From Candidatus Omnitrophota bacterium (lineage in GTDB: Bacteria > Omnitrophota > Gorgyraeia > Zapsychrales > Zapsychraceae), in assembly GCA_003528115.1 (NCBI GenBank), contig DOGZ01000014.1, forward strand, positions 282,689-346,688: a stretch of 64,000 nucleotides of DNA, in the 5' to 3' direction. This document shows positions 44,641-52,931 of the stretch, piece after piece. The notes beneath the pieces are model-generated. The model was not told the origin of the DNA. It searched no databases and saw only the letters and a list, made by a program, of their open reading frames with translations. Position numbers and translations under genes: made by a program. Positions within the stretch are counted from its first letter, which is position 1, and the number at the start of each line of letters is the position of its first letter.

Positions 44641-45138
44641 ATGCGCGTGGATACAAAACAAAAAATTGTCAGTTTGGTTAGTCTAAAGAGAAGAATTGCG
44701 CAGTATCGCCGGGAAGGAAAAAGCATAGCTTTCACGAACGGTTGTTTTGATATTCTTCATTATGGTCATGTGAACTATCTCCAGAAAGCCAAGAAACCGG
44801 ATAGGATTTTAATTATTGGGTTAAATGGAGATAAATCTATAAAGAAAATTAAAGGTCCTAAACGGCCAATAGTGGCAGAGAAAGAACGGGCGGGTGTATT
44901 AGCCGCTCTGGCGTGTGTGGATCATGTGACGATTTTCCAAGACGAAACGCCTTTTAATCTGATTAATGCGTTAAAACCCGATATTCTTATTAAAGGGTCG
45001 GATTGGAAGGGAAGAGACGTGGCTGGAAGTGATATCGTGAAAGCGAGCGGAGGGAAGGTGGAATACATGAGATATATTCCGGGCAGTTCTTCAACTAGTA
45101 TTATTGAGACGGTTCTTAAAAGATATGCTGAAAAATAA
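44641..45138 (+). CDS. rfaE2: D-glycero-beta-D-manno-heptose 1-phosphate adenylyltransferase (RfaE domain II, stand-alone)
   Basis: FTNGCFDILHYGH, KGPKRPI, PDILIKG.D, SSTSII. Confidence 0.9.
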   Translation: MRVDTKQKIVSLVSLKRRIAQYRREGKSIAFTNGCFDILHYGHVNYLQKAKKPDRILIIGLNGDKSIKKIKGPKRPIVAEKERAGVLAALACVDHVTIFQDETPFNLINALKPDILIKGSDWKGRDVAGSDIVKASGGKVEYMRYIPGSSSTSIIETVLKRYAEK

Positions 45139-45216
45139 TTCCCCGTTTACGCGTTGAGTGTCGATTAATAAGAAAATTAAAAACCTTGTCTTCATGTCCC
45201 CATTTTGGTTTATAGT

Positions 45217-45630
45217 ATGTCTCTTTCGAAAAAAGGTACCTTTCGGATTATTGATGCCAATTTTAACCGAGCTAAAGAAGGGTTAAGAGTCTGCGAGGAT
45301 ATCAGTCGATTTATTATGGATGCGGGAGATTTAACGAAAACCTACAAAGGTATCCGTCACCAGTTAACGGATTGTATCCGTTCTTTGGAACTTAAAGAGC
45401 TTGTTCACGCCAGGGATATAGAGAGGGATGTAGGAAAAACATCAACGCCTGCTGAGGCCCGGAGAGAAAAGATAGAAGATATTTTTTATGCTAATTCCCA
45501 ACGTGTGAAAGAGTCTATCCGTGTTCTAGAAGAATTTAGTAAATTGTTTCAAAAGAAGACAGCGCAAAAATTGAAAGAGATTCGGTATAAAATTTATGGG
45601 CTTGAGAGAAAAATGGTTGAAAGATTCTAA
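45217..45630 (+). CDS. ThiD2-like helical protein (N-terminal domain of cyanobacterial-type ThiE)
   Basis: RIIDANFNRAKEGLRVCED, RD...DVG, N..RVKESIRVLEE, RY..Y.LE. Confidence 0.85.
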   Translation: MSLSKKGTFRIIDANFNRAKEGLRVCEDISRFIMDAGDLTKTYKGIRHQLTDCIRSLELKELVHARDIERDVGKTSTPAEARREKIEDIFYANSQRVKESIRVLEEFSKLFQKKTAQKLKEIRYKIYGLERKMVERF

Positions 45631-46252
45631 ACTGTATGTGATTTTGGACGCTCAGGTCAATGATGACGACAAGCTCTTTGAGATTGCTAAAATATCGGTG
45701 CATAGCGGCGTAGATATTCTTCAGGTACGCGATAAATTCGGATCAGCCAGGGATATATTGAAACTGTTGAGTCGAATTCAGAAAATTCCGGGCCGACGAA
45801 TTCCTGTTCTTGTTAATGACCGTCTGGATCTTGCCTTGGCTAGCGGGGCACCGGGGGTTCATTTAGGTCAAGAGGACATACCTATTAAAATAGCCAGAAA
45901 GATGATGGGGAGCAAGGCTATCATCGGAGCTTCTTGTCAAACCTGGTCGGCGGCTATCAATGCTGAAAGAGAAGGCGCCGATTATATAGGATTCGGTTCA
46001 GTGTTTAAGACAATGACAAAACCTGACCGTTTACCTATGCCGATGAAATTATTAGCCAAGATTTATAGAGACATTCAGATTCCGGTATTTGCTATCGGAG
46101 GAATCAATCTGGAAAATATAGACAGTATCCTTTCCATCGGGGTTGATCGTGTGGCTGTTTGCCGTGCTATATGTGAAGCGGAAAACGTTTCGCAGACTAT
46201 AAAGTTGTTTAAAGGATGCTTGTCAAAGGAAGTTTTTTGCCGACGGAATTAA
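45596..46252 (+). CDS. thiE: Thiamine-phosphate synthase
   Basis: QVRDK, VNDRLD, GVHLGQED, T.TK, AIGGI; start uncertain. Confidence 0.92.
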   Translation: MGLREKWLKDSKLYVILDAQVNDDDKLFEIAKISVHSGVDILQVRDKFGSARDILKLLSRIQKIPGRRIPVLVNDRLDLALASGAPGVHLGQEDIPIKIARKMMGSKAIIGASCQTWSAAINAEREGADYIGFGSVFKTMTKPDRLPMPMKLLAKIYRDIQIPVFAIGGINLENIDSILSIGVDRVAVCRAICEAENVSQTIKLFKGCLSKEVFCRRN

Positions 46253-46262
46253 AAAGATATAT

Positions 46263-46333
46263 GCGAGGGTAATTCAATGGTAGAATGTCAGCTTCCCAAG
46301 CTGAGAACGCGGGTTCGATTCCCGTCCCTCGCT
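46263..46333 (+). tRNA. tRNA-Gly (CCC)
   Basis: Acceptor stem GCGAGGG/CCCTCGC, anticodon arm TCAGC-TTCCCAA-GCTGA, T-loop TTCGATT; CCA not encoded. Confidence 0.96.
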
Positions 46334-46345
46334 TTTATTTTGACC

Positions 46346-47023
46346 ATGAAAAAACGTGTTGATCTGTTCTTTCTCTTGAGTGCCCTTGCTCTCGTGTCGT
46401 TTTCAGGGTGCGCCTCCATCACAACCCTTGAGGAGGGCGTCATCCAGCCCCATGAACCCTTAAAAAAAGGGGTTTACCATAAAGTTAAACGTGGGGAGAC
46501 ATTATGGCGTATCGCTAAGACGTATGATATTTCTATCAGCGACATTATTGAAACCAACAGTATTCCCAATGTCGCTCAAATTGAGAAGAATCAACTCGTT
46601 TTCATTCCTGGAGCCGATGCTATTAAAGAAGTTCCATTAGAAATCGACGCTCGTCAAAATGATTTTATTTGGCCGCTGAAAGGCGATATTTTAAGATATT
46701 TTCATCAACGGATCGGACTTCAGATAAATAAGGGAATAGATATTCAATCGCAGGAAGGAACAGAAGTTAAAGCGACCCGTACCGGACAGGTTGTCTTTGC
46801 GGATTTTCTCAACGGGTATGGGTACACTATTATTATCGATCATGCGGACGAATATTATTCGGTCTACACCCAGAATGCGAAATTGCTAACTTCCTTGGGG
46901 GATCTTGTCTTTAAGGGAACCCCGATTGCTTTGGTGGGAAGAAATCCGAACGACTCAGGATATTTGCATTTTGAAATTAGAAAGAATTTAAAGGAAGATA
47001 ATCCCCTCTATTATTTGCCATGA
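46346..47023 (+). CDS. NlpD-like lipoprotein (LysM + degenerate M23 domain)
   Basis: Lipobox FSGC, LysM HKVKRGETLWRIA; M23 NKGIDI and YLHFEIR lack Zn-ligand/catalytic His; start moved past the tRNA. Confidence 0.85.
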   Translation: MKKRVDLFFLLSALALVSFSGCASITTLEEGVIQPHEPLKKGVYHKVKRGETLWRIAKTYDISISDIIETNSIPNVAQIEKNQLVFIPGADAIKEVPLEIDARQNDFIWPLKGDILRYFHQRIGLQINKGIDIQSQEGTEVKATRTGQVVFADFLNGYGYTIIIDHADEYYSVYTQNAKLLTSLGDLVFKGTPIALVGRNPNDSGYLHFEIRKNLKEDNPLYYLP

Positions 47024-48669
47024 GTTTTATCGATCAGGAACAAAACTTTTTTGGACGTACTCCGATTTTAAATTTGCTTAAAAGGCGGGTGATTGATTTG
47101 AAGGAGGGGTATCGCCAGAATGTGGCGCTCCTGGGAAATAAATGCGTTGGTAAAAGCGCCATATTACAAAAATTCATTTCTGATCTCGATGACCCTGATG
47201 TCACCACCATTTATCTGGATTTACAAAATAAAGAGTTTAATTACTTTTTTTCCAAATTTGTTGGAAGCCTCCTCTATTATTTCTCCAAAAGTAAGAATCT
47301 CCCCCTTTACGATGACCTGAATCTGTTTTTGGAAAGCACAAAGAAATTTATCCCCCAGACCATTGAAGTCATTAAGAGGATCCAAATGGACATCAATGGA
47401 GGGAAACCCCTTGATGCGTTTCATGGTTTGTTGATCTTGCCGGAAATTTATACAAATGAAACTGGGAAATTTTGTATTTTGATTTTAGATGAGTTCCATG
47501 ACCTTGAAGAATTTGTTTCCCCGACCGCTTTTCAGGATCTGGGGAAGAAAATCATGACCCAAAAGAGATGTTTTTATATTTTCTCAAGCTCGTATCCGGG
47601 TTTGGCTAAGAAAATATTATCAGAAAAATTGTCTCTTTTGTTTGGCAATTTTGAGGTTGTCATGGTCGATGCCTTTGATCTTCAAACCAGTCAGGAATTT
47701 ATAGACCATAATTTGAAGGGGATCAAACTGGGAACGCAATTACGTAATTTTTTAACAGATTTTACCGGCGGGCATCCGCTTTATCTGAATTTAATCTGCC
47801 AGGAACTCTTTAATCTGAGCGCGGTCCATAAACAGAGCGAGATCTACATGCCGTTGTTGTCCCAAGCGGTCGAAAATACCATTTTCAGCCGTTGGGGGGT
47901 TATCGGCAGGCACTTTGAACTTGTTATTAACGAACTTTGTGGCGGTAAGGGCAACCGCCTCACGGCATCGGTTTTGATCGCCTTATCAAACGGGAAGCAT
48001 AAAATGGACGAGCTTTGTGAGGAAATTTGTGAAGAGCTCGGCGTCAAGAAAAATCTCTTGAAACAAAGAATGAATCATCTTTTGGAATTAGGGGTTGTTG
48101 CCAAGAATAATAGTGCGTACTACTTTAATGACAAACTTTTTAAATATTGGATCAAATATGTTTATCAGAAACGATTGAAGGATGTTGAGTTCTTGCCGGA
48201 CAAACTGAGAAAACAATTTAAGGAAGAGTTTCATCAAGGCGTTGAAAATTTTCAAGCTGTTTCTCGTCAAGATTTTTCGTCAAGAATTATGGAGTTGCTT
48301 TCGTGTTTTGACAATGAGGCCTTTGATTTGAACGGGCGAAAATATAAGCTGCCGTTGTTCCAAGAGATCGTGCCGTTAAGAATTAAAAATAAAGAAGGGC
48401 TTCAAGTTGATGTGATCAAGGCCATGTCTTCAGATGCCGTCTGGTTTATTGTGCCTAAAAGAGATAGTTTCGGGGAGAATGATGTCAATGCTGTTTTATC
48501 GGAGGTCAAGAAAACCGGAGAAAAGCCGGATCGTTTTTTAATTATTTCCTTAACAGATCTTGATGAAAATACGAGGCTGAAAGCCTTGCAGGAAAGATTT
48601 TGGATATGGAATGAGGGGGAATTAAACACCCTGCTAACCTTATTTGATAAGCCGTTTATTCTACGATGA
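47020..48669 (+). CDS. Archaeal-ATPase-like P-loop protein with probable wHTH and C-terminal domain
   Basis: FFGR, Walker A GNKCVGKS, Walker B ILDEF, TGGHPLYL, Y.F.D..F..W. Confidence 0.75.
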   Translation: MSFIDQEQNFFGRTPILNLLKRRVIDLKEGYRQNVALLGNKCVGKSAILQKFISDLDDPDVTTIYLDLQNKEFNYFFSKFVGSLLYYFSKSKNLPLYDDLNLFLESTKKFIPQTIEVIKRIQMDINGGKPLDAFHGLLILPEIYTNETGKFCILILDEFHDLEEFVSPTAFQDLGKKIMTQKRCFYIFSSSYPGLAKKILSEKLSLLFGNFEVVMVDAFDLQTSQEFIDHNLKGIKLGTQLRNFLTDFTGGHPLYLNLICQELFNLSAVHKQSEIYMPLLSQAVENTIFSRWGVIGRHFELVINELCGGKGNRLTASVLIALSNGKHKMDELCEEICEELGVKKNLLKQRMNHLLELGVVAKNNSAYYFNDKLFKYWIKYVYQKRLKDVEFLPDKLRKQFKEEFHQGVENFQAVSRQDFSSRIMELLSCFDNEAFDLNGRKYKLPLFQEIVPLRIKNKEGLQVDVIKAMSSDAVWFIVPKRDSFGENDVNAVLSEVKKTGEKPDRFLIISLTDLDENTRLKALQERFWIWNEGELNTLLTLFDKPFILR

Positions 48670-49145
48670 AAATAGGTGTCGTTTCAGATACGCATTCCCG
48701 CGTGATCGCAAAGCAGCTTTTGAATGATTTTAAGAGCGTTGATCTCATTGTTCATGCCGGCGATTTTTGTTCGGAAAAGGATCTGCGAATTTTTACTCAG
48801 ATAAAAGAGGTTAAGGCCGTTTACGGGAACATGGATGAACCATCGTTAGTCTCCAAGCTCACCAGGCGTCTTATTTTTCAATGGGGAGGTTTTTTTTTCG
48901 GTCTATGTCATGGACAAGGGGCGGCTAATCATGCCTTGGCTAATATTCAGAGCGAATTCAAGAAAGACAAATTAGATGTTGTTATTTTTGGGCACTCCCA
49001 TTGTCCGTTTAATCAAGAAATTAATGGTATCTTGTACTTCAATCCGGGAAGTCCTAATGATTTTGTTTGTTCACCGTATTGTTCATACGGAATTCTTGAA
49101 ATCAAAGAACATAAAATTGTGGGAAATATTATTAAGGTCAAATAG
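48666..49145 (+). CDS. YfcE/MJ0936-type metallophosphoesterase
   Basis: SDTH, HAGD, GNMD, HG, GHSH, NPGS. Confidence 0.92.
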   Translation: MKIGVVSDTHSRVIAKQLLNDFKSVDLIVHAGDFCSEKDLRIFTQIKEVKAVYGNMDEPSLVSKLTRRLIFQWGGFFFGLCHGQGAANHALANIQSEFKKDKLDVVIFGHSHCPFNQEINGILYFNPGSPNDFVCSPYCSYGILEIKEHKIVGNIIKVK

Positions 49146-49147
49146 CG

Positions 49148-49639
49148 ATGGACAAGTTGTGGGCCCCCTGGCGGAATAAATATATCACCCAAGTGATTCA
49201 AGAAAACAAAGCTTGTGTTTTTTGCAAGATCTTTGGCGAGAAGAAAGATAAAGAAAATTATATCCTTGTCCGGACACAACATAATTATTCGGTTTTAAAT
49301 CTTTATCCCTACAACAATGGGCATGTCCTCCTTGTACCTCATCGACATGTTAATGATTTAAGCAAATTGAAGAAAAAAGAACGAGAGGATTTATTTGACC
49401 TCTTGGAAGCTACAAAGGTCACATTAGATTGCGTCCTTAAACCCGAAGGGTATAATATTGGTATTAATCTCGGAAGGGTCGCGGGGGCTGGATTCCCAGG
49501 GCACTTACATGTTCATCTCGTACCCCGGTGGAAGGGGGATATGAATTTTATGCCTGTGACAGGCAATACAAAAGTCATTTCCCAGTCTTTAAAAACATTA
49601 TACAATCAATTAAAAAATGCGGACAAGAAAAGATATTGA
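49148..49639 (+). CDS. HIT-family hydrolase (Ap4A phosphorylase-like)
   Basis: LWAPWR, CVFC, NLYPYNNGH, HLHVHLVPRW. Confidence 0.92.
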   Translation: MDKLWAPWRNKYITQVIQENKACVFCKIFGEKKDKENYILVRTQHNYSVLNLYPYNNGHVLLVPHRHVNDLSKLKKKEREDLFDLLEATKVTLDCVLKPEGYNIGINLGRVAGAGFPGHLHVHLVPRWKGDMNFMPVTGNTKVISQSLKTLYNQLKNADKKRY

Positions 49640-50783
49640 AGAGCTGGAAAAACGGATTCTTGCGCCTTATGCGATGAAAAGCCAAGATTCAAGTGGCAGG
49701 GAACATAATGAGCCTCCACATGAAATAAGAACTTGTTATCAGCGCGACCGTGATCGAGTTGTGCATTCTGAGGCTTTTCGAAAACTGGAATATAAAACTC
49801 AGGTATTTCCTGTCTTTGAGGGGGATTATTACAGGACGCGTCTGACGCATACCATTGAAGTGGCTCAAATTTCCAGGACAATTGGGCGCAGTTTACAATT
49901 AAACGAAGATCTTATCGAAGCTATTGCGTTAGCGCATGATTTAGGTCATCCGCCGTTTGGACATGCCGGTGAACATGCCCTTAATGAAATCTTGAAAGCG
50001 GCAAACGTCTCGGGGTTCAATCACAACATCCGAAGTTTTGAAATCGTTACAAAATTTGAAAGGCGTTATCCCGATTTCAGCGGACTTAACCTGACGGAAG
50101 AGGTTCTCGTTGGAATTCTTAAACACAAGACAATTTATGATGAGCCCGGGATTATCGAAAGATTTGGAGATAAGGGGCCAACCCTTGAGGCCCAAGTGGT
50201 GGATATCGCCGATTCCATCGCTTATTTGACCCATGATATTGATGATGGATTGACATCCGGGTGCATTACCGAGGAGGATTTGACGGAAAGTGATTTGTGG
50301 TTGAGGGCCTATCAGCAGGTCGGCCCGTTGTTGAGGAGTAAAGACAGAGAGATAATGAAATATCAGATTGTTAAGGTGCTGATCGATATGCAGACGAAAG
50401 ATTTGTTAGCCTATTCTGAGGAGAAGTTAAAGGGACTTGATTTTAAATCGTCAAATGATGTTAAGAATTTTAAAGAACCCGTCATCGGTTTTAGCCCAAC
50501 GATGACAGAGCAACGCAACGCCCTACAACATTTGATTAATGAGAAATTATATCATCATTATCGGGTTGAGAGAATGACCTCAAAAGCGCGGCGGATTATC
50601 AATGATCTCTTTGAGGTTTATGATCGAAATCCCAATCAGTTGCCATATTCTGTTTATCGTCGTGGAACAGAATATGATCAAAAAACTAAATACGGTATTA
50701 TTTGTAATTATATCGCTTCGATGACAGACAGGTACGCTTTAGATGAGCACAAGAAATTCTTCGACCCTTACCAAAAAGTATAA
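49617..50783 (+). CDS. dgt: dNTP triphosphohydrolase (dGTPase)
   Basis: RDRDR, KTQVF, RTRLTH, HDLGHPPFGHAGE, AY..HDIDD, YIASMTD. Confidence 0.95.
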   Translation: MRTRKDIEELEKRILAPYAMKSQDSSGREHNEPPHEIRTCYQRDRDRVVHSEAFRKLEYKTQVFPVFEGDYYRTRLTHTIEVAQISRTIGRSLQLNEDLIEAIALAHDLGHPPFGHAGEHALNEILKAANVSGFNHNIRSFEIVTKFERRYPDFSGLNLTEEVLVGILKHKTIYDEPGIIERFGDKGPTLEAQVVDIADSIAYLTHDIDDGLTSGCITEEDLTESDLWLRAYQQVGPLLRSKDREIMKYQIVKVLIDMQTKDLLAYSEEKLKGLDFKSSNDVKNFKEPVIGFSPTMTEQRNALQHLINEKLYHHYRVERMTSKARRIINDLFEVYDRNPNQLPYSVYRRGTEYDQKTKYGIICNYIASMTDRYALDEHKKFFDPYQKV

Positions 50784-51840
50784 ATTGATTTTATCCGCGG
50801 TTCACATGGTCTATAGGTTGGTTAATTCAACTTATAATGTGAAGGAGCTTATTTTGCGTTTGACTCGACTATTGTGTCAGTTTATTAATGCGAGCTCCTC
50901 CAGCGTCTATATTTTGGAACCGAAAAAAAAGCAAATTGTTATGATCGCGATCTTTGATAACAAAATTAATATTTTCTTGAACAAGAAAAAAGATATAGCT
51001 AAAGTAACTAAAGAAGAGTTGGATGTAACGAAGGGATACGCCATCTTTGAGCCGCACCTCATAGGTATTCCCTTGGTTGCCGATGATAATATAGGCGCTA
51101 TTTTTGTTCGAAGAGAGAAAAACGAACCCCCTTTTAGTGAGTTTGACAAAGAAATGATCTCAGTTCTCGCTGAACAGTCTGTGACCGCTGTTAAGAATGT
51201 GCAGTTGTGTGAAGATCAGCAGCAAATTATTTTAAGCAGCATCGAATTTATCGGAAGGATGCTGGAACGGCACGGACATGTCATTGCAAAGCATACGCCT
51301 GTTTATTTTAAGATCGTTAAGAATTTGGGGGAAAAATTGGGGATGGGACAGGAAGGAATCGATAGCCTGTATTATGTGAGTATCCTGAACGACACGGGGG
51401 CGTTGGATATACCATACAATATTTTATCTAAGACCGGGCGGTTGAATCCTGAAGAATTTAAAGTGATTCGAACTCATCCAGAAAAATGCGTTGAATTAAT
51501 GAAAAGAGTCAAATTTTTAGAACCCGTTTTGCCGATTATCTTATATCATCATGAAAAATATGATGGATCCGGTTATCCGTCGGGCCTGAAAAAAGACAGC
51601 ATTCCTTTAGGCGCTCGGATTATGGCGGTTGTGGATGCTTTTGAAGCCATGACACGAGTGAGGCCCTATAAGAAAAGATTTTCTTTCAATGAGGCTGTTG
51701 TTGAGATCCGACGGAATAGCGGGACGCAATTTGATCCTGATGTTGTTAAAATATTCGTTGCGCTTTCTAAACAAAAAAAATTTAGAAATTACTTGAGTGC
51801 GACTGAAAAAAATATTAATAATACATCCCATGATAAATAA
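50743..51840 (+). CDS. GAF-like + HD-GYP domain protein with degenerate HD motif
   Basis: HHEKYDGSGYP, ARIMAVVDAF.AM, GTQFDP; LNDTGA replaces LHDIGK. Confidence 0.85.
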   Translation: MSTRNSSTLTKKYKLILSAVHMVYRLVNSTYNVKELILRLTRLLCQFINASSSSVYILEPKKKQIVMIAIFDNKINIFLNKKKDIAKVTKEELDVTKGYAIFEPHLIGIPLVADDNIGAIFVRREKNEPPFSEFDKEMISVLAEQSVTAVKNVQLCEDQQQIILSSIEFIGRMLERHGHVIAKHTPVYFKIVKNLGEKLGMGQEGIDSLYYVSILNDTGALDIPYNILSKTGRLNPEEFKVIRTHPEKCVELMKRVKFLEPVLPIILYHHEKYDGSGYPSGLKKDSIPLGARIMAVVDAFEAMTRVRPYKKRFSFNEAVVEIRRNSGTQFDPDVVKIFVALSKQKKFRNYLSATEKNINNTSHDK

Positions 51841-52483
51841 ATTTAAGTGCCAAACCCAATTTGAACTTTTCCCAGGGGCGTTAAAGAATTCTCAAGATCA
51901 GGAGAATCCGCGCTCCCTATTTAAAAACTTGACACTTTCACCAGAAAATATTATTGTGTTAGTCATTCTTTTTGTTATGGCGCTGGTTTTATTTTTTTCT
52001 TTTGGAGTGGAGAGAGGAAAAACGATTGTCAAGACAGATTCTGCCCTAATGGAAGATAATCTGAATGTTTATAATGCCCAGCCGGTTGCCATAGATGTGA
52101 ATCCGCTTCAAACGGAAGGACAGAAAACTTTTTCTTCGCGGGAGAAGCTTGTAGGTGCCAATGAGATAAAGGCGAACACCGAGGTTATAAGCGTAAAAAC
52201 ACAGAAGAATGAGGTCAAACCTCTCCAAGAAGAGACTCTCAAGGCGCAAGAAATCTTTGGGAATGGGGAGTTTACGATACAAGTTGCTTCTTTTAAGTTG
52301 GAAAATCGAGCCCAAGAAGAGGCTAAGAAACTGAAAGAGAAAATGGGGCAGGAAACTTTTGTTTTATCCAAGGGCAAGTATTCCATTGTCTGTATCGGGA
52401 AATTCGCACAAAAGGATTCGGCGCAAAAGTTGTTTAATAAACTGAAAAAAAAATATAATGATTGTTTAGTAAGGAGATTTTAA
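51830..52483 (+). CDS. Bitopic SPOR-domain protein
   Basis: One TM followed by FSFGVERG; C-terminal FTIQVASF...A...L...IG.F; start moved to ATG 51830. Confidence 0.85.
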   Translation: MINKFKCQTQFELFPGALKNSQDQENPRSLFKNLTLSPENIIVLVILFVMALVLFFSFGVERGKTIVKTDSALMEDNLNVYNAQPVAIDVNPLQTEGQKTFSSREKLVGANEIKANTEVISVKTQKNEVKPLQEETLKAQEIFGNGEFTIQVASFKLENRAQEEAKKLKEKMGQETFVLSKGKYSIVCIGKFAQKDSAQKLFNKLKKKYNDCLVRRF

Positions 52484-52484
52484 T

Positions 52485-52772
52485 ATGTCGCTACACTCTT
52501 CTTTAAGAATTGATACAGCAGGCGCTCAGCAAAGAACTGTTCTCACGCGCATTGAACGGATCAAAGAATTAATGAAAAAAGGTCTTTGGAAGGATAGCCA
52601 ATCGGTCACAGGGTTACCGAAAACGAAAATTGTTAAGATCAAGGCTAGAAAGACCAAAGAGGAGGCAGCTCCAGCCGCCGCTACTGCTACCGCAACAGCT
52701 TCCGCTACAGCGGCTAAAGCTTCCGAAAATAAAGCGGCAAAACCTGCTAAATCTGCTAAACCTGCTAAATAG
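52485..52772 (+). CDS. PVC-signature small basic protein with Ala/Lys-rich tail
   Basis: MSLHSSL...R.VLTRIERI..L...G.W......GLPK pattern of the TIGR04137-type family. Confidence 0.85.
   Translation: MSLHSSLRIDTAGAQQRTVLTRIERIKELMKKGLWKDSQSVTGLPKTKIVKIKARKTKEEAAPAAATATATASATAAKASENKAAKPAKSAKPAK
52740..52769 (+). repeat. 9-bp tandem repeat (AAA[C/T]CTGCT)x3 encoding KPA/KSA
   Basis: AAACCTGCT AAATCTGCT AAACCTGCT AAA. Confidence 0.8.
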
Positions 52773-52931
52773 CGATTTGATGGTTATCCATAAAATTTTG
52801 TAATATATTTTCCGGTGTGAGATGGCCTATTCGTAAGCAAGAAATCTTTATATGCCGGAATGGATAACAAATCCTCTCCATATAGGACAGAGTATCAGTT
52901 TTTATACATATCCCCGTCATCCTTCAAGCCC

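Noticed and set aside
46277-46345. N-terminal extension of the LysM/M23 ORF (MVECQLPKLRTRVRFPS)
   Set aside because: This is a translation of the tRNA-Gly gene; the real start is ATG 46346, which gives a proper lipoprotein signal.
46700-47023. Degenerate M23 domain as a novelty
   Set aside because: Loss of Zn ligands is the known state of NlpD/EnvC amidase activators.
46263-52483. tRNA-anchored genomic or defence island
   Set aside because: No integrase, no duplicated tRNA 3' end seen, no evident compositional shift, and the genes run directly into a core marker gene.
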